The notes below the pieces were generated by a model that was not told where the DNA came from, ran no database searches, and worked only from the letters and a program-made list of their open reading frames with translations. A stretch of DNA of 36,934 nt from a virus (Duplodnaviria; Caudoviricetes), in IMG/VR virus record IMGVR_UViG_3300044657_000181, positions 1 to 36,934 of that record. The stretch is one strand, 5' to 3'. Numbering within the stretch: the first letter of the stretch is position 1; every line of letters starts with the position of its first letter. Of this stretch, positions 34,834 to 36,934 are shown in pieces. Made by a program: the position numbers and the translations under genes.

Positions 34834-35810
34834 AAGAAACCACCTTCTCTCCAGTTTCGATTATAATTTGCATTTACTGAGGCGAAGAAGTCACCAAACT
34901 TTTGCATGTTTATATCTTTGTAGAACCACTCTGCTATAGGGTTAGTAACTACAGTATACATACCATCCAATCCAAGTTCTTTAAGGCATACGTTAATACG
35001 AGACTCTACGAATCGTTTCATGTCGTTTGCATTAATACCTTTAACTGGGCCTTTAGCGAATAACATATCTATAATACGAAACTCATGTTCTTTTAAAGCT
35101 TCTGCTACACAGCGGATACGATTTACTAGTACTGGTCTATTCACTTCTTGTCCTGCTGCTAATTTCTCAGCCAACAGTTCACGGAACGCCCATGCACCAG
35201 CTACACAATGTAAGTTTTCATCTCTTACACTAAAGTTTATACCTGAGACGACGTTAATCATCTTATTCTGACCGTTTGCTTGAAAGCTCTTCAAGTATGT
35301 GAATGCACTATATAATACTGCACCCTCTACTAGACTAAATCCGGCAAGAGATGTTAAGTCGCACTCATGACTAACTAAACCATCTACGAAATCCATACGT
35401 TCTTTCAATACAGGGTCATTTACATAATCTGTATAGAACTCGTCTGTATCTAAGTTCAATGCTTTATTAATCTTGTTATAGAATGGAGCGTGAATACCTA
35501 ACTCGGTATACGCAAAGGTAGCTGCCATTTGTCGTAAGTCGTGACGAGGGAACATTCGTTTGAATCTACCTCCCCAATACTCGTTACCAGCTTTTAGTTC
35601 ATATAAAGTGAACAACTTCAATGTGGTTACTACACCATGTATCTCCGCCTCCTCCATATTCACTAGCATATCTTGGATGTCTTTATCCACATCAATCTCA
35701 TTAGCTCCCCAGAATACATCTTCTTGCATCTCAGCGAACTCAATAGCCTGCGGATAGTTAAACGTATAAGCTTCCTTATACGTCTGCATCTGCACCTTAT
35801 TTTCATTCAT
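34824..35810 (-). CDS. nrdB: Class I ribonucleotide reductase beta subunit
   Basis: FWGANEI, E..IHAPFY, VEGAVLYSAF, RDENLH and C-terminal DFF...NY; adjacent to nrdA. Confidence 0.93.
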   Translation of the reverse strand: MNENKVQMQTYKEAYTFNYPQAIEFAEMQEDVFWGANEIDVDKDIQDMLVNMEEAEIHGVVTTLKLFTLYELKAGNEYWGGRFKRMFPRHDLRQMAATFAYTELGIHAPFYNKINKALNLDTDEFYTDYVNDPVLKERMDFVDGLVSHECDLTSLAGFSLVEGAVLYSAFTYLKSFQANGQNKMINVVSGINFSVRDENLHCVAGAWAFRELLAEKLAAGQEVNRPVLVNRIRCVAEALKEHEFRIIDMLFAKGPVKGINANDMKRFVESRINVCLKELGLDGMYTVVTNPIAEWFYKDINMQKFGDFFASVNANYNRNWREGGFLWK

Positions 35811-36469
35811 TATTTATTTCCTACTAACGCCTCCCACGACACAGGATATAGAGGGCGGATAACTTTGTCGAGTTCTCGAGCAAACTCCTGTGCCTCGACT
35901 TGGGCATGCCCATCTATACGTAATAAGTATACATGTGCGAAAGCCATTAATGAACCAGTCCAAACGACTTGGGTCATCATAGATTGTGGTAGGATCATAC
36001 GTGCTTGTTCAGGTGCTACACCATCGTCTAACATACCTTTGTACATGTCTAGCACGTATCCTAAGTGTTTGTCATAAGTATCAAGCCAATAGCTATTGTC
36101 GTAATGCTTACCATCACTACCTTGTTTGATAGAACCTTTAGGTTTACTTCGCCATACTGGGTAGAAGAACTCTGGGTCGGTATCTACGTAGCGTCGTGAT
36201 ACTTCGTTCCAACTCATACCAACTTGGTGTTTACCTAGTTGACGTGCTAAGAATATAGGCACGTTGATACGTACTGATATACTATTATGTCGGAATGGTG
36301 ATGTATGCTTATGTTTAGCTAAATAGTTAATTAATTTGTTTCGTTGTTCTACAGTGTAGTCCTCAGGCAATTCATCCCAAGTACCATCAAACTGCATTGA
36401 CACACGTGCTGTGTTAGCTACTGTGTTATCGTTACCTTGGTTAGATAGTAGTTCAATCACGAGCAGCAC
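35810..36469 (-). CDS. thyX: Flavin-dependent thymidylate synthase
   Basis: ARVS, HTSPFRH, ARQLGKHQVGMSWNEVSRRY, EQARMILPQ and LRIDGHAQ motifs. Likely start is GTG at 36460. Confidence 0.93.
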   Translation of the reverse strand: MLLVIELLSNQGNDNTVANTARVSMQFDGTWDELPEDYTVEQRNKLINYLAKHKHTSPFRHNSISVRINVPIFLARQLGKHQVGMSWNEVSRRYVDTDPEFFYPVWRSKPKGSIKQGSDGKHYDNSYWLDTYDKHLGYVLDMYKGMLDDGVAPEQARMILPQSMMTQVVWTGSLMAFAHVYLLRIDGHAQVEAQEFARELDKVIRPLYPVSWEALVGNK

Positions 36470-36896
36470 ACTCCCCAGCTAAAGCAAAATATGCTGCTCC
36501 ATCGACGTAATCGTCACGACGGAACTTACCACCTTTAGCTCTAGACATCTTTAGTAATGTCATAAACTGCCAACCTTGTTCTTCTGATAACTCTGTACCA
36601 TATAAGACGTTGAATGCTTTTACTGTAGCTGCCATGGAGCGCTCTGAGTCGGTGTCTCTTTCACTTGCTCTATCACCAATACAATGAGCAGCTTCTTGTA
36701 ACATACTCACTGCTGATTTATCTGCACTCTGTACCTCTTCTGAAATAGGAACCCATTTAGCACCTAACGCTTCAAATGATGCAATAGTCCAACTTGCTAT
36801 ACGCATATTACTAATAAACTTTTCTGTGAGATGTACTGAACAATTAGACTTATCTTCTTGTAACCAAGCTACTTCTAATCCTAACTTTTTTAGCAT
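36453..36896 (-). CDS. DUF6378-like phage protein, possibly 5'-truncated by the window edge
   Basis: C-terminal LQEAA..IGDRA..RD...ERSM...GWQFMTLLKMSR....DDYVDGAAYFALAGE pattern; the frame stays open upstream of the ATG to the window end. Confidence 0.7.
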   Translation of the reverse strand: MLKKLGLEVAWLQEDKSNCSVHLTEKFISNMRIASWTIASFEALGAKWVPISEEVQSADKSAVSMLQEAAHCIGDRASERDTDSERSMAATVKAFNVLYGTELSEEQGWQFMTLLKMSRAKGGKFRRDDYVDGAAYFALAGECAARD

Positions 36897-36934
36897 CTCT
36901 AAATTATAGCCAGCTGAATAAAATGCTTTTAACA

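Noticed and set aside
1023-36077. Remaining plus-strand ORFs in the track
   Set aside because: All lie antisense to well-supported minus-strand genes and show no recognisable motifs.
29828-36896. Modified-base (2-aminoadenine) system suggested by MazG near a family A polymerase
   Set aside because: No PurZ-like or HD-domain dATPase gene in the window and the MazG looks like the common phage type; the region beyond the window cannot be excluded.

Overview
Middle and late part of a lytic podovirus genome of the Autographiviridae type, with phiKMV-like gene order (the single-subunit RNA polymerase gene ends the replication module). All credible genes are on the minus strand. Read right to left: a nucleotide-metabolism block (DUF6378-like, ThyX, class I ribonucleotide reductase beta and alpha, MazG-like), an M15 endolysin, a ~260 nt structured intergenic region, family A DNA polymerase, HNH endonuclease, SSB-like protein, 5'-3' exonuclease, ATP-dependent ligase, endonuclease VII, RNA polymerase, a cupin protein, a small virion protein, portal, scaffold, major capsid, tail tubular A and B, three internal (ejection) proteins, a collagen tail fibre, a second putative receptor-binding protein with a partner, two small membrane proteins, small and large terminase, two small ORFs and 10-bp-phased repeats that probably lie near the genome end. 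The most notable observation is that the largest ejection protein (T7 gp16 position) starts with a staphylococcal-nuclease (SNase)-like domain retaining all seven active-site residues with SNase-like local spacing, where T7 has a lytic transglycosylase. Also seen: an exact 17-bp repeat that looks like the phage late promoter, a 27-bp RNA stem upstream of the polymerase, and a shared N-terminal peptide on two adjacent replication proteins. All assignments come from motif recognition and synteny by eye; no database searches were run, and the host (possibly a marine gammaproteobacterium) is a guess.
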